Shown here in pieces: positions 25,972-37,751 of a stretch of 64,000 bases of DNA; position 1 is the first letter of the stretch; each line of letters begins with the position of its first letter. Location: positions 1,860,001 to 1,924,000 of the forward strand of contig ML978125.1 of NCBI GenBank assembly GCA_010015805.1, given 5' to 3'. A program made the translations under genes and the position numbers. The notes under the pieces were generated by a model. That model was given only the letters and a program-made list of their open reading frames with translations. It searched no databases and had not been told where the DNA came from. Origin of the DNA: Rhizodiscina lignyota (taxonomy: Eukaryota).

Positions 25972-27828
25972 ATGTCGTCTGGCAACCCCTTCCGCCGAGC
26001 GCTCAAGCAAGATGAATTCACTCCCCTAGGCGACGTCGACGCGACGCCTTCCGCCAGCTCCCAGCTTACGGCGCAGTTCCAGCAGCCAGGCCTGGTCATT
26101 CAATCCTCAAGTGAGTATGTACAATGGATGTGATGGTGTTTGACTGACTGCTTTGCAGTTCGAGGGTCGTCCCCTCTTGGCAAAACCAAGAAGCATGTCC
26201 GCATACGCAGTCCAGAACCCACCTCGCCAATATCACCACACTACTTCTCTGAACATCGTCCAATCCTGCTGCCTCCCCCACCACCACACTCTCCCCCTCC
26301 GCAGCAGGATATCACACCGGATTCAGCGGAAGACACACCGACCGACCCTTTTGCGAGCTCTGCTGCAGGAGAGGACTTGAGCAGCGGTGATGACGAGGTA
26401 GTACAGAATACGATGCAGAATGCACACATTGGCGAACATGCTTCAGGCTCCTCCGGGCTGCCGTTCAACCCATTCCAGAAAACACTGGCAACTATGGAAC
26501 CGGATGCCAGTCCAGTGGCGGCTGCAGAGAAGGATAAAATTGCACGTATTGATGGAACGATGGGCAAGGCTTCGATGGATGTCGACTCGTTCACCAAGAT
26601 GCTTATGACAGGCAAGGCGGGCCAAGGAAAACAATCTCAGCCCCTAAATAGCCTGGTCAAAATACACAATCACGGACCAGCCGTGGATAGCAACAGCAGC
26701 ACTGACACGTCTTCACTATCTCGCCAGTCTCTGTTCGATACGTTGCAAGGCCCTCAGCTTGAATCTCCACGGACGTCATATGAGTTGTCAGTCTCCGACG
26801 ATGACGAGGAAACGAGCCTCATGGGAGAGGGTCGCAAGGTTGAGAAGGAAAAGGAGAAGAAGAAACCGCTGCCTCCGAAGCCTAGACATGGCAAGCTCGT
26901 CACTCCGAGAGCGCCACAAACAGTATCATTTTCCGACTTCACATCTTCCGCACCTGCGCAAAGCATTCCAAGCTCAACATTGCAACGCAGTCCTACTGAC
27001 CTTAACAAGCCTCTGCCGTCGCTACCGGAATCATCGAGTCCCGAACCGTCCGACTCTAGTATTGTGGGTGAGAAGACGCCAACAATGCCCGCAACGGATC
27101 CCATGGTCCCGGAAGTAGAGCAACCCGCACTACCTCCACCTCAGAAAAAGACACCGCCTGCAGTTCCTCTCGCACGTAGACAAAGCCAGCTTAGAACCAC
27201 AACGCAATCGCGCCATAGAAGCAATTCAGCACAAGAAAGTTCACATCAAGCAAACGTCACAGAAAATCAAACCCAGACACAGAAGATGCCACCTCCACCT
27301 CCACCAACCCGACGCCACGCCGCTTCTCTAAGCAACAGCACCAATCCCTCTACTACAGACCTGCCCTCGACGACCGACGGATCTCATAGCCCAGCAGGCA
27401 GAATACCAAGTGGAGGATCCCTCGCCCAAGCTCTTTCCGGTGCCCAGAATCTCGCAGGCTCACGCCATTCGTCTTCAACAAGCTTAACCACCCCACCACC
27501 ACCTCCGCCACCGCGGCGCAGGGCAAGCTCTGGTCGCGGGAGCCTCGACATGCCGCGTCCATCATCTCTCGAACTCGCTCGGGGCAGCTTCGACAGTGGG
27601 CGCAGGAGCAGCGCCGCTTCAAGTCTCACGAGTCCGCGCAAGGAGAGCGGAAGCTACAAATTCAGCGAAGGTGATTTGGCAGAAGAGCCCGAGGACATGA
27701 ACAAATCGGACGGTGCCATCAAGGCTGCTGCTGCGCCACAGGCCAATATCCTCGCTGACATGGAAGCATTTCAGAGGGAGATTGACGCGCTGCGACAGGC
27801 TAGTGAGGGTCCGGGTAGCTCGCGTTGA
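25972..27828 (+). CDS. Pro/Ser-rich hypothetical protein (NPF motifs, polyproline tracts, short C-terminal coiled coil)
   Basis: Start MSSGNPFRR, intron 26111-26158, then a long ORF with PFNPF, MDVDSFTKMLMTG, PPPPPPRR and NILADMEAFQREIDALR. Confidence 0.8.
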
Positions 27829-28715
27829 TGTCCCCAGCATACATTCGTAGAACTTTGAAGATGGAAACGCATAACGAGACCTTGGAACGGCCATTTCTTT
27901 CGTTGTATATATCGCATATTTGGGCGTTGGATAAGCCTCATAAGGCATGGAGACACCCTGGCGCATGGGAGATAAATGCGGGATTAACGAACTTGACGAT
28001 CGCTCATGTTGGATCCGTAACATTCATTTGCACATTCATCAATTGATCATTGCCAATACCTGTAGGCCTCGTTACTCTACTCATCCCCCAGATCTTCCAC
28101 CGACCTCCAGTTTCTCGAAGTATTTGCCCCCCATATCTTCTCCATCATCCTGCATCTGCCAAAGCAATTTCTCCGCTTCCGTCAAGTTGGGTCTGATTTC
28201 TATCTGTCTACAGCGAGTCTCGCCAAAGTCAAATGTAAGTATGCTTTCAGTCGTGCCGATGCTGCCGCGGTCTGGACTATCTCCCAGCACAGCTTTTACG
28301 CACGGATGACATCTCCAGACTCATACACGGCTTTTGCTTTCTCCAGACTGCGCTAGATGGCATCTTGCGCGTCTGCCTCTTTCGTGCATTGTCCCTTTGC
28401 ATGGGGCGTGTGAGAAGACGAAAACACCTGCATCGCGAGTGAGTAATTGGATCCACAGACAAGTGTGGTTGCGGAGTAGTTGATCTTCAGCGAACGTAAA
28501 CGAGAGAATCATTGGTACATGCATAAGAGCCATGGAGCAAGGGCCAGAGCATACACTTGTTTGTCTTAATGTACAAACGCCCTCATGATAACGGAAATAT
28601 TCCGTGTGAGCCCAGAAACCCCGTGGCATCATCCTTGGGTATATGCAGCAGTGAAAGCAAAGGTCCGACTGAATCCAACGCCACAAAGCAATCATTATTC
28701 ACAATCGCAGTTCTC

Positions 28716-31386
28716 TCAACTAGCAAACGTTCTGCTCCTGCCTCCTTGGTCGCTCTTCTGCCTCCTCCCAAGACCTTTCGGAGCATCCATAGCCTTCTTG
28801 TACGGATCGAAAGCTCCACTGCCTTTCTTCCCCCTCTTCGCACCGGTCCTGTCCTGGGCATCTCTGGCATGTAGCATTGACGGTGCAGTGCTGTAGTCGA
28901 ACGGCGCTTCTTCTGCTACCTCATCGTCATCATAGGGCAGACCGCCAGAGCCCTTCTTCGACTTATTCCGCTTTTTCTTCTCCCTATTTTTCTCTTTACG
29001 AGAAAGCATCACTGGCTCTTGCTGCATTTCAGTCGGATGAATGCTGAGTTCATCTGCATTCGCATCGTACGCAGGGTTGTTGATGAAACTGCCATCTCCA
29101 GTAGCATCCGGTTCGTCTTCTGCGGCACCATACGAACCCGTGGCAGGATCGGCACCTCCATCCATGTTGGGGATCTCCACAGGATCCTCTGCCGGATTCG
29201 CGAAGACCTGTGCACTTAGATTTGGCAGCGGTAATGCGAGTCTAACGCGATCAGTTACCGCGGCTGCCGTGGTCGTCACCCCGTTCCAGGTATTAGCAGC
29301 ACTGAATGTGGATCCCCAGAAATTCGAGGTCGTCGCCCTTACGTCCTCGACTTTTGGAGTCTCAAAGATCTTTGGGGCTTCGGAAAGAGTTGCCCTCGTT
29401 TGCTCGGTCTCTTGATGTTTGGCGGGGGCAAAAGCCTCATCATCCTCCCTCTTCCTCTTGCCAGCTATGCCCAGCACTTCGTACGGCTCTGGGCCGGTCT
29501 TCCCTTCCTCCTTGGCTTTTGCGATCACAGCGAGCAACTCATCCGCACGCATTCTCGTAGTTGATGATATATGAGGCAGCGCGGCAAATAAGGCCGCCTT
29601 ATCAGACGGCATTGCTCTTGTCACCGCGAGGAGGTTGTGGTGTGGAATGATGAATCCTGTACTATCATCTTCTTCTCGAGCAACCTTATCTCTCCAGGCA
29701 TGTAACGCACGGAAAACAGCAAACTGCTCCTTATCGCGCATTATAGATGAGCCGATCATGGCTTTTATGGCCTTCCTCCATCCGTACGGCCCATTGCCAG
29801 TTGCCTCTTCGTAGAAAGGATGTTCATAGCGTTGAAGACTCTCAAGTTTCGAATTCTCGAGGACATACTGAAGCCGGTCGTTGTTGGGAGTGGAACGATC
29901 GATGAGTTCGTTACGCATGTTGTCGTAAATATTGAGGAGAAAGTGCGTGTCACTTCGTGCATAGTCGAACAGTTCGCTCGGCAAGGGTCTGATTCTCCAG
30001 TCCGCCCTCTGATACTGCTTTTGCGCCTCGAAATTGGCAAACTTCAACAGCAGGTAGTCAAGCCCCCTGCGTTGGTAGCCTAGTGCACAGCAACCGTGAT
30101 AAGTGTCAAACAGACCTACGACATAGAGGCCTAAATCACGCTGCAGCCAGATCATGTCCATGCTGCTTCCGTGAAAGACCTTAAGGATCTCGGGGTTAGC
30201 GAAAACTTCATTGAGCATCTCCAATTGTCGCCGCCAAGGCAGAAGTGTATCGATAACGTAGTCCTTCTCTCTGGTTGAGATCTGCATGAGGGAAGTCATC
30301 CCAATATAGCTCCGGTAGTCATGGTGCTCAAGGTCGACTGCTATCTCAGTCGCCTTTTTCAAGTCTTCCACCATCAGCTGTAGAGCCTCAATCGTGTCGA
30401 CGAACGTGGCTGGGTTCGCATCGAAGTCGGTCGGCGGAATCGGAGTGGAGCGTGTGCGAACAACCGTAGGGTATGTGTATGCGTTGATCTCGGGTGCATA
30501 TGGATGTGCATAACTGCTTGCAAATCTTAATATTTTTCTTTTCAATCCGGAACGTGCCCTCTTCGCGGCATTTTTGATTGCCGTCTCAGAGCGGGTCTCA
30601 GAGCATTCTGATAGACCCTCTTGTGTAAGTGGGGAAGAAGTAATGAAAATGCTGGTATCATACTGTTGTCGTTGCTCTTGAGTGTCCTCGTCTACGCTGC
30701 TTTGAAGTCGTAGACTATCTTCTAGTGGAACTATCGCGTGTGGCTTTGACGTAAGAAGTGGCTTGAACGGCGTCGTTTCATCATTTCTCGGTGGATGTTC
30801 GAATAGCAGCTGCGGCTTTGTGAGATTCCCCGTCTTGAAAAAATCGTATGGACTCCACTTCTTCTTCGACGGTACAGATGGCTGAACCTGCTCTCGGAGT
30901 ATTAGCTTATCGTAGTTGCATATCCAACGCAATTGTATAATCGCCAGCCAAATCTCGATTGTCATCTACCTTGTTTTCCTCGGCAGGAACTTGTGTCTTT
31001 CCTCTTTTCACCACACCGGTGAACTCATCGAGAGTCGCATCAGCCTTCTCCAACAAGCCATCCACGACATCAACAATCTTATTCCAATTTTCTTCAATGG
31101 CATCTGCGACACCACTCTCCCCATCCACATTACTGCTCAATTTGATGCCCCTCTCACTTCCAGCATCGCTCTTTCCAGTCGCCCCGGCACTGGCACTGTC
31201 GATGAGTCTCTCTGCGAGGTTTAACAGTCTAGCACTTTGCCTGTCAAGACCCTCGCCGACTTTTGGATCAAGGGAGCGATGGAATGCGAGGTCCTCGGCG
31301 CAGAGCTCAGACACGGTGCGCGTCGTGGAAATAAGAGCGGAGGTAACTGCGGAGTGAAGTGAGGGTATATCGGGTGGTGACGCCAT
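28716..31386 (-). CDS. RRP6: Exosome 3'-5' exonuclease Rrp6
   Basis: PMC2NT-like N-terminal exon, intron 30969-30888, DEDD motifs IAVDLEHH, YQRADWRIRPL and YARSDTHFLL, and an HRDC domain (LHAWRDKVAREEDDS). Confidence 0.93.
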
Positions 31387-32151
31387 CCTTAAAGGATTCA
31401 GGTTGGCCTTTGTGTGTTAATTTTGTATGGAAGCCAGTGCGACCCATATCACACGTTTTGGGTCTATGGTGAAAGAGAAGAGACGAGTTGGAGGTCGAGT
31501 TGGAGGTCAAAGAAGTTGGGAACTTTTTCGATGCGCGAAATCTTGGCATTCAGTCCTCCCCGTCTACATACACCCCTGCTCCACCCATGTCTCCATTGTC
31601 AACCTTTGCAACATTACTTGATGCAACCTTATTACCATGTGCTTTCAGTATGGTCTAATATCCGATCGCCTCTCCATCTGTGTATCTTCTTGCGATTAAA
31701 GAATAAAACCACTCGCCGAGGTAATGCGCGGTCTATGTGTGCAAACTGAAAGTTGAGCGCCTATGTACATATAATTGAATTGAAGCTTAACCTCTATGCG
31801 TAGGCTAGAATCTAAGAAATCCATCAAAACCGAAGCAATGCTGGGCTGTGTAAGTTGCGGGTTAAGGTCCCGCAGATAATCTAATCGAAGCTCAACCTCC
31901 ACGTGGAGACCGTAACGAAAGTTAAGTGCGCGAGTGGACTTGGTCAGTAATGCTAGATTTACTTGTGTAAAGAGCTGTTGAGTGTTCGTACGTAATCGAA
32001 TTAAAGCTCGACTGCCATGGCTAACCTAGGAGCTGGGCGGGACCTTTAAACTGAGGCGATCTTGGGCCGTTCAGAGCAAAGGCAAGTGATTCTCAAATAA
32101 AAATTAATTCATTATATTATATACTTTATTCAGTTTCAGCCACATCAAATT

Positions 32152-32249
32152 GGTTCGATGGTGTAGTTGGTTATCACATCTGTCTAACAAGCCGCTTATC
32201 ACGGTGCGTAGATCACAGAAGGTCGCCGGATCGAGCCCGGCTCGAATCA
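32152..32249 (+). tRNA. tRNA-Val(AAC) with a 24-nt intron
   Basis: Acceptor stem GGTTCGA/TCGAATC, D arm GTGTAGTTGGTTATCAC, anticodon arm TCTGT-CT-AAC-A [intron 32190-32213] C-ACAGA, T arm GCCGG-ATCGAGC-CCGGC. Confidence 0.92.
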
Positions 32250-32257
32250 ATTCATTC

Positions 32258-32267
32258 TTTTTTTTTT
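32258..32267 (+). terminator. Pol III oligo-dT terminator of the tRNA gene
   Basis: Run of ~10 T beginning ~9 nt after the tRNA 3' end. Confidence 0.7.
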
Positions 32268-33274
32268 CTCCTTCGGATCCCTTTTAGGGGTGGATCCTTT
32301 TTTTTTTGGGGATGCGTCGACTCCCTTTTATTTTTTGAAAAGTATCACCTCGAGATAATACCTTGGAAGTATTACCCCCTCGAGCTCGCGAGAGGTCTCA
32401 CTAACGAGCAAGGACTAGAGGGTTAACTCGACTGAGGAAAATCCGACAATGGATCGATCCTTTCACCTAACTGATTTCTTTACAAGTAGCGCACCCATCG
32501 TTCTACGATGCTATTGCCAAGCATGTTCATTGCGTTGGTTATATCCGCCTTCTTACCGACACACTGAGAGTTGTATGTCGGCAAGACAAGGTTGATTTGC
32601 AACCTAACATAATAAATCCATGACATATTACAGTTCGTGTTATGCAAAAAATAGGCACATAGCTGGTGCTTAAAACTGCAGATCTTCGTTTACAGAGGCT
32701 AACTTAGTGCAACTTAAAGACATGGTGCATGAGGGTGCAAACATTAGACCACCTCGACAAAGACATCTGTCATATCAGTGAGCAAGAACACCGCCACCAT
32801 TGCATTGGAGTCTGCAGTATCTTTAGAGAAGGCCCAACATCAGAACCGAACTTGCCCCGAGAGCGTCGGGAAGACGAGCGCGCAGAGCAAATAACTACGC
32901 TTCTCGTGTTAGCAAGCTGATAAGTAGAAGTAGGTTTGAACCTGAGCGGAGTCTGCGCAAGGTATAGTACCCAATCTCATAAACTGCTTAGCGCTGTTCA
33001 CCATTGAGACCGTTGGGATAAAAATCTCATACGCTGAGGTAGGACCGGCTGGGAGAGATGTCGATGGGTAATTTCGAAGTTGAAAAGGAATGATTGTCTT
33101 TCAACAACTCCATTCATATTAGAACATTGCTCCTCTAAGACCAGTATTATAATGCTACTGGGCCATTGTCGCTGATAGGCAAATCTATGGAATAAAATGA
33201 TTAGCATTAGGAATGCTCCAATAATACATGAAGTCTAATCAGTCTGAAAATGATATTGGGCGGATAAGACTCTG

Positions 33275-33853
33275 TCAGAATCCAATCATCGCAGCGAACC
33301 CAACAGCGAACAATGCAACCAGTGAGCCTATAGTCCACCTCTCCAAGCCATTCGCCGCACCAAGCTGCCCTCCTCCAGCCGCTCCACCAATCTCGCCACC
33401 ATCACCCCCATCACCCTGTGCGATAAAGCCATTGCCATTCCCAGAATCCGTATTCGCACTACTGCTTCCAGCGAATACAGTCGTACTATACTGTCCCCCA
33501 TCATTCGTCCCATAAACCACGCAAGCTCCTACGAAACTCCCGCAACCTCCCGTACTCGCAGCGGTGACGGTCGTCGGAATCGTAGTAGTGGATGTAACGA
33601 TCGTTCTAGGAGTTGTACTTGGGCTGCCGACGTACACCGTGGTCGTATAGGGTGCCGCACCGCCATGGCCGCCGCCGTACACAACGCAGGCCCCGACGAA
33701 GTTGTTGCACGCGTCGCCTGCATGCGAGAGTGTATGCTGGTCTCCATCGACGTGCACGGTAGTGGTAGAGTATACGGAGACGACGGAGGTTATCGTCGTT
33801 TGGCCCGTCGCGAGGGAGAAGATTGCCAGGACGCTCAGAAGAGAGAGCAGCAT
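33275..33853 (-). CDS. Small secreted, probably GPI-anchored Thr/Gly-rich protein
   Basis: Signal peptide MLLSLLSVLAIFSLATG, two Cys-containing repeats, a Gly-rich spacer and a hydrophobic C-terminus WTIGSLVALFAVGFAAMIGF. Confidence 0.82.
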   Translation of the reverse strand: MLLSLLSVLAIFSLATGQTTITSVVSVYSTTTVHVDGDQHTLSHAGDACNNFVGACVVYGGGHGGAAPYTTTVYVGSPSTTPRTIVTSTTTIPTTVTAASTGGCGSFVGACVVYGTNDGGQYSTTVFAGSSSANTDSGNGNGFIAQGDGGDGGEIGGAAGGGQLGAANGLERWTIGSLVALFAVGFAAMIGF

Positions 33854-34207
33854 TTTGAAGCTGAAGCCTTGATGGCTATTGGCCGCTCTGATGGGTTCGG
33901 GGATTGTAGTGCGCGGTGAGCAGCGCAAAAGTCGTCGCTACCTTCTCATGGTCTGCGCTCGATGGAGGGACTGGCCGAGATGCGAAGTGAAGGCACTCTC
34001 GGAGGCTTATAGTAGATATACAGCGAGACAGCGTGGGAGCTGTCGTCACTGACAGCCATGCTTGAGGCGCAGGTGTACGATGGGGGAGGGAGTCGATTGG
34101 CCATCGGGAGTTGAGATGCGAGGATGGGATGAAACGCCGACGTCACAGTGCAGGAGCGACCCCACGTGCATCCATGTGTTCGTGCATGGGCCATATAGAC
34201 AGGCCTA

Positions 34208-34511
34208 TCCCCCTTACGGCCAGAAATGGCCGCCAAATGCCAAGCCTCCTAAACAGGGGGCTCTTCGGTACCTTAAGTACCCTAGGGATCGGTACTACAG
34301 GTACTATACGTACCTAGAATATAGAAAAAGAGTAACTAGAGTAAGGTATTCATAAATACACTAATTACTTTAGTAAATACTAAGAAATAGTAGTATCTAG
34401 TTAGAATTAAGTTTATACCTAAATTCGTTGTATATATTAACTTTCAGGTCTTGATACACCCATTTCTAGGTGGGCTTGGCATTTGGCGGCCATTTCTGGC
34501 CGTAAGGGGGA
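34208..34511. mobile_element. 304-bp MITE with perfect 39-bp TIRs and TA target-site duplication (Tc1/mariner superfamily type)
   Basis: TA|TCCCCCTTACGGCCAGAAATGGCCGCCAAATGCCAAGCC ... GGCTTGGCATTTGGCGGCCATTTCTGGCCGTAAGGGGGA|TA, with an AT/TpA-rich non-coding interior. Confidence 0.9.
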
Positions 34512-34759
34512 TAACAAGGGTAGAACGTTATAATTCACGCTTCAATATATATATCAGCAGATATGAGAAGGAGAAGTAGAACCAATTCCTATCCCTTTTG
34601 CGTCAAGTCGAAAATGGGGTCTAAAAATCAGCATAAAGTTTTATCTGGACCATGCGCCATATTTCAAGGTTTCTCCTGCCATTAATATGATATCCTTTAG
34701 AGCAAACCCGAAATATCTCTAGCAATATCCAGAGATTATCATAGAGAACACATCTCTAA

Positions 34760-36111
34760 TCAGTCAAGTTCGCTTTCTCTCAAAGATTGGCTCATCTCCA
34801 CGATTTCGTCCTGCGCATCTGCCCCCGCCTCACTCATATCGTTTCGACTCGGGGTTTCTTGTTCTTGTACCTCCTCACTTGGGTCATAATAACTCCCCCA
34901 AGCCACCTTCCAAATCCATACCCAGCTCACAGGATGGTGAGCAGTACTCCCCACAAAGCCGAACGGGGTAAGAGCGCCATACCAGACGTACTCGATCCTG
35001 TCTGGGCCGGCTGTGAGCTGGATCACAGCAGTGCCTCGGTCAATCCTGACCATTGCTTGGATCTCGCGCCGGCCATATACTTCGCTAGACTGCAATTTCA
35101 CATAGCCGGGAACCGGGTATTCAGAACAGTCTGAAAACGTGAATTGCTGAAGCGGTCGGAATGGAGATTCCAGCAGCTCCTCCGTTGCGATATAAACTCC
35201 GGTCCACTCGCCGTCTTCGAGAAACTCTTTAGATGTCATGGTCTCCAAGTGGCAGGTATTGAATCTGGCAACGCAGTCTCCTGAGAACGGCGTCGGCAGC
35301 TTCATGAACGCGTGGAAAGGGAAATCAAAACTTGACGTGGGTAACGATAGCGAGCGTTTACCAAGGAAGTCTTTCGCTCGAAGCTGCACGACCATCAGCC
35401 CAAGCGCTTTCAGAACAGCAGCATGGGTTACATCACGTTCACGATCGTCCTCAGCCCAAGGTTGGTTCAGTATACCGCTATAGGCCATGATTGGGTGCAT
35501 CTCATCGAGGTGTGTTGTGTTTGGGTCAAGCGGGTGCGCTCGCCCAAGGACGGCAGCGTAGATGAGCTCAATGCTCAACTTACGGTTGGAGTTCAGGCGC
35601 TTCGTGAAATGGTTCAAATCGCCATTTAGAGGCATGGGGTACGATATTGCCGACGCCGCAAAGCAGAATGCATATGCACGGCCCTCCGATGCAGGCGGTC
35701 TGCCCATCCCCTTCAGAATTGCGTAGAAGCTGGGTAGTTTCGCAGCCAAAGGATCTATGGCATTGTTAACTATGACTTGCAACGTGGCAAAGCTCCCTCA
35801 CGGTGAAGTGCCAAGATCTGAGGAGCCCAAGATGGAAAGTCCTGCGAGCCGCAAAGAGCTTTATCCGCTTTCGATTCTGCGAGGGCATATCGCTTCCATG
35901 TCGAAAAGTCCGTGGCATCGGACTCTACAGCGAATTGGAAAGTGGCATCACGCCGGTTTTTGAACCATTCCTTGACGACAGTCCAATCTATGCAGGCGTC
36001 GCGAAAGTAATGATTCACTCGGGACAAACATTGTAAAGAGTCGTATGAAGCTGTGTACGACGCAATTTTGCGGATGAGTTCGATTGGCAGATCACCGAAC
36101 CCAGTGGCCAT
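34760..36111 (-). CDS. F-box-like domain protein
   Basis: N-terminus FGDLPIELIRKIASY...SLQCLSRVNHYFRDAC fits the F-box pattern. Intron 35801-35755 joins the 113-aa and 340-aa ORFs in frame. Confidence 0.72.
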
Positions 36112-36604
36112 AACTAGTTGTGGTTCGCAGAAGATGACTCAAAAAGGGACCAACAGCAACCAGTCGATGGCGTTACTGAAGAAGCTTCCCTCACCTCGCG
36201 TGTATGCTGGACTGTACGTACAATCGTTAATGAAGAGGGCTCTTTCAAGCCCGTGTGCATGCCCAGAAGCCCGGAGAGCGATGGTTGAAGAGGCTTCCTT
36301 CAACCTCATGTATACGCTCCGAAGGCTATAGAGTAGTCGATGACTCTAACTGCAAGCATTAGGAAGGACCAGTAAGGAGAGCGTAATTCTTATTCGAAAA
36401 AGGGACGCATTTTGTTTCCCATCAAGAAAGCAATTGGGGAAAGACATCCCTTGAGGCCTGCAGGGTACAAGTGAAGCCTAGGAACCCCTGTCCTGGTCTC
36501 CCGTTCGGCTTGGCAGGACCCTGATGGATCAAGATGAATGTCGCCTTGCGTTGAAAAATGACGCCGCTCCCACCAAGCAGCCACGCATCTGCCTTCTCCA
36601 CAAC

Positions 36605-37080
36605 ATGTCCGCCTCATTAGCACCAGAATGCAACGAAGCCAAGGAGTACTTCTTCCTCCCTTCATCTCGACCAGCTCACGAAGCTGACTACTCTCAGGCG
36701 CTACGACACCTGCTTCCTAAACTGGTATTCCGAGAGCACGTCTTCCGCCTGACAATCACACCATCACTATTTACTCTTACATTATCGCTCATACGCCTCC
36801 TTTTGTTCTCGATGCCTGCTCCTAACATATCTCTTATTTAGAGTTCCTTCGCGGTAACGCCACGCACGACGAGTGCGAGCCGCTATTCAGGTCGTACAAG
36901 GCGTGCTTAAGCGTACATCCTCCAAGCCTTCCTTCCTCCGTCTCCTACCATCGAAGCTATGGCACGACTGACAGCTTCGAACAGAAAGCCCTTAAAGACA
37001 AAGGTCTCGACAAGATGATCCACGAAGCACGCACCGACAATCGAGACAACGACGCCGAGCACCTGCGGCCATCAGGTTGA
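36605..37080 (+). CDS. MDM35: Mitochondrial intermembrane twin-Cx9C protein Mdm35 (TRIAP1 homolog), 4 exons
   Basis: Exons 36605-36645, 36698-36735, 36842-36912 and 36985-37080 splice to MSASLAPECNEAKERYDTCFLNWYSEKFLRGNATHDECEPLFRSYKACLSKALKDKGLDKMIHEAR... Confidence 0.92.
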
Positions 37081-37751
37081 TGCCTTGCCACGGCCGTGCA
37101 TCCGGTTTCCTCTTCTCCGATACTGTACTTTATACAACATAGAATAAGCATGGCGACGGCGTTCGGGCTCATAGAAAGAGTAGAAGGAGGACACGGGTGG
37201 GCTTCTCCGCTTCACGTCCTTACGATGGTTAAATTTTGTGGCTTCTCTCGCTCAGTCAATGTATATTTATATCAATTCCTGCTATCTTCATCACCCTCGC
37301 GCCAGTTCCTATCTTACAAAGTCCACCTTCCGCTTTCCATTCTCACCAAGAAGTCAGCCGTCAATGTATCATCACGGCCGTATCTGCATGTTCATGTCGA
37401 CCCCACCTCGATCCATGCGCCCGATAATATACAAGGCTGTCAGAGCGAAGGAAGAGAAAAGAAGAAAAGAGGGAAAGGCAGAAGAAAGGAAGAAATCTCC
37501 ACACCGCTAAATCATGCTTGTGACAAGCATACAGGCTTAGCTCTAAGGGTATCAAAAGTCAAAGGTTTCAAGCAACAAAAGACAGCCGGCCGTAACGAAG
37601 CAGCAGAGGAAAACAGCAAGCAACTGGAAACCAATATTAATACAGGGTGAGAAGGGCGAAGAAACAAACCGAGCAACACGACTGAACGCAAAGCAATCGA
37701 TGACGCTAAGGAGCCTCGAAACCGAAGATGCCACCAAGGGCACCACAGCGC

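Noticed and set aside
27950..28700. Short minus-strand ORFs with intron-like signals downstream of RRP6
   Set aside because: No stop-free spliced model could be built and there is no recognisable homology.
32271..32310. GGATCC...GGATCC hairpin followed by a T-run, resembling a bacterial intrinsic terminator
   Set aside because: The context is eukaryotic. It is explained as T-rich tRNA 3' flank with backup Pol III terminators.
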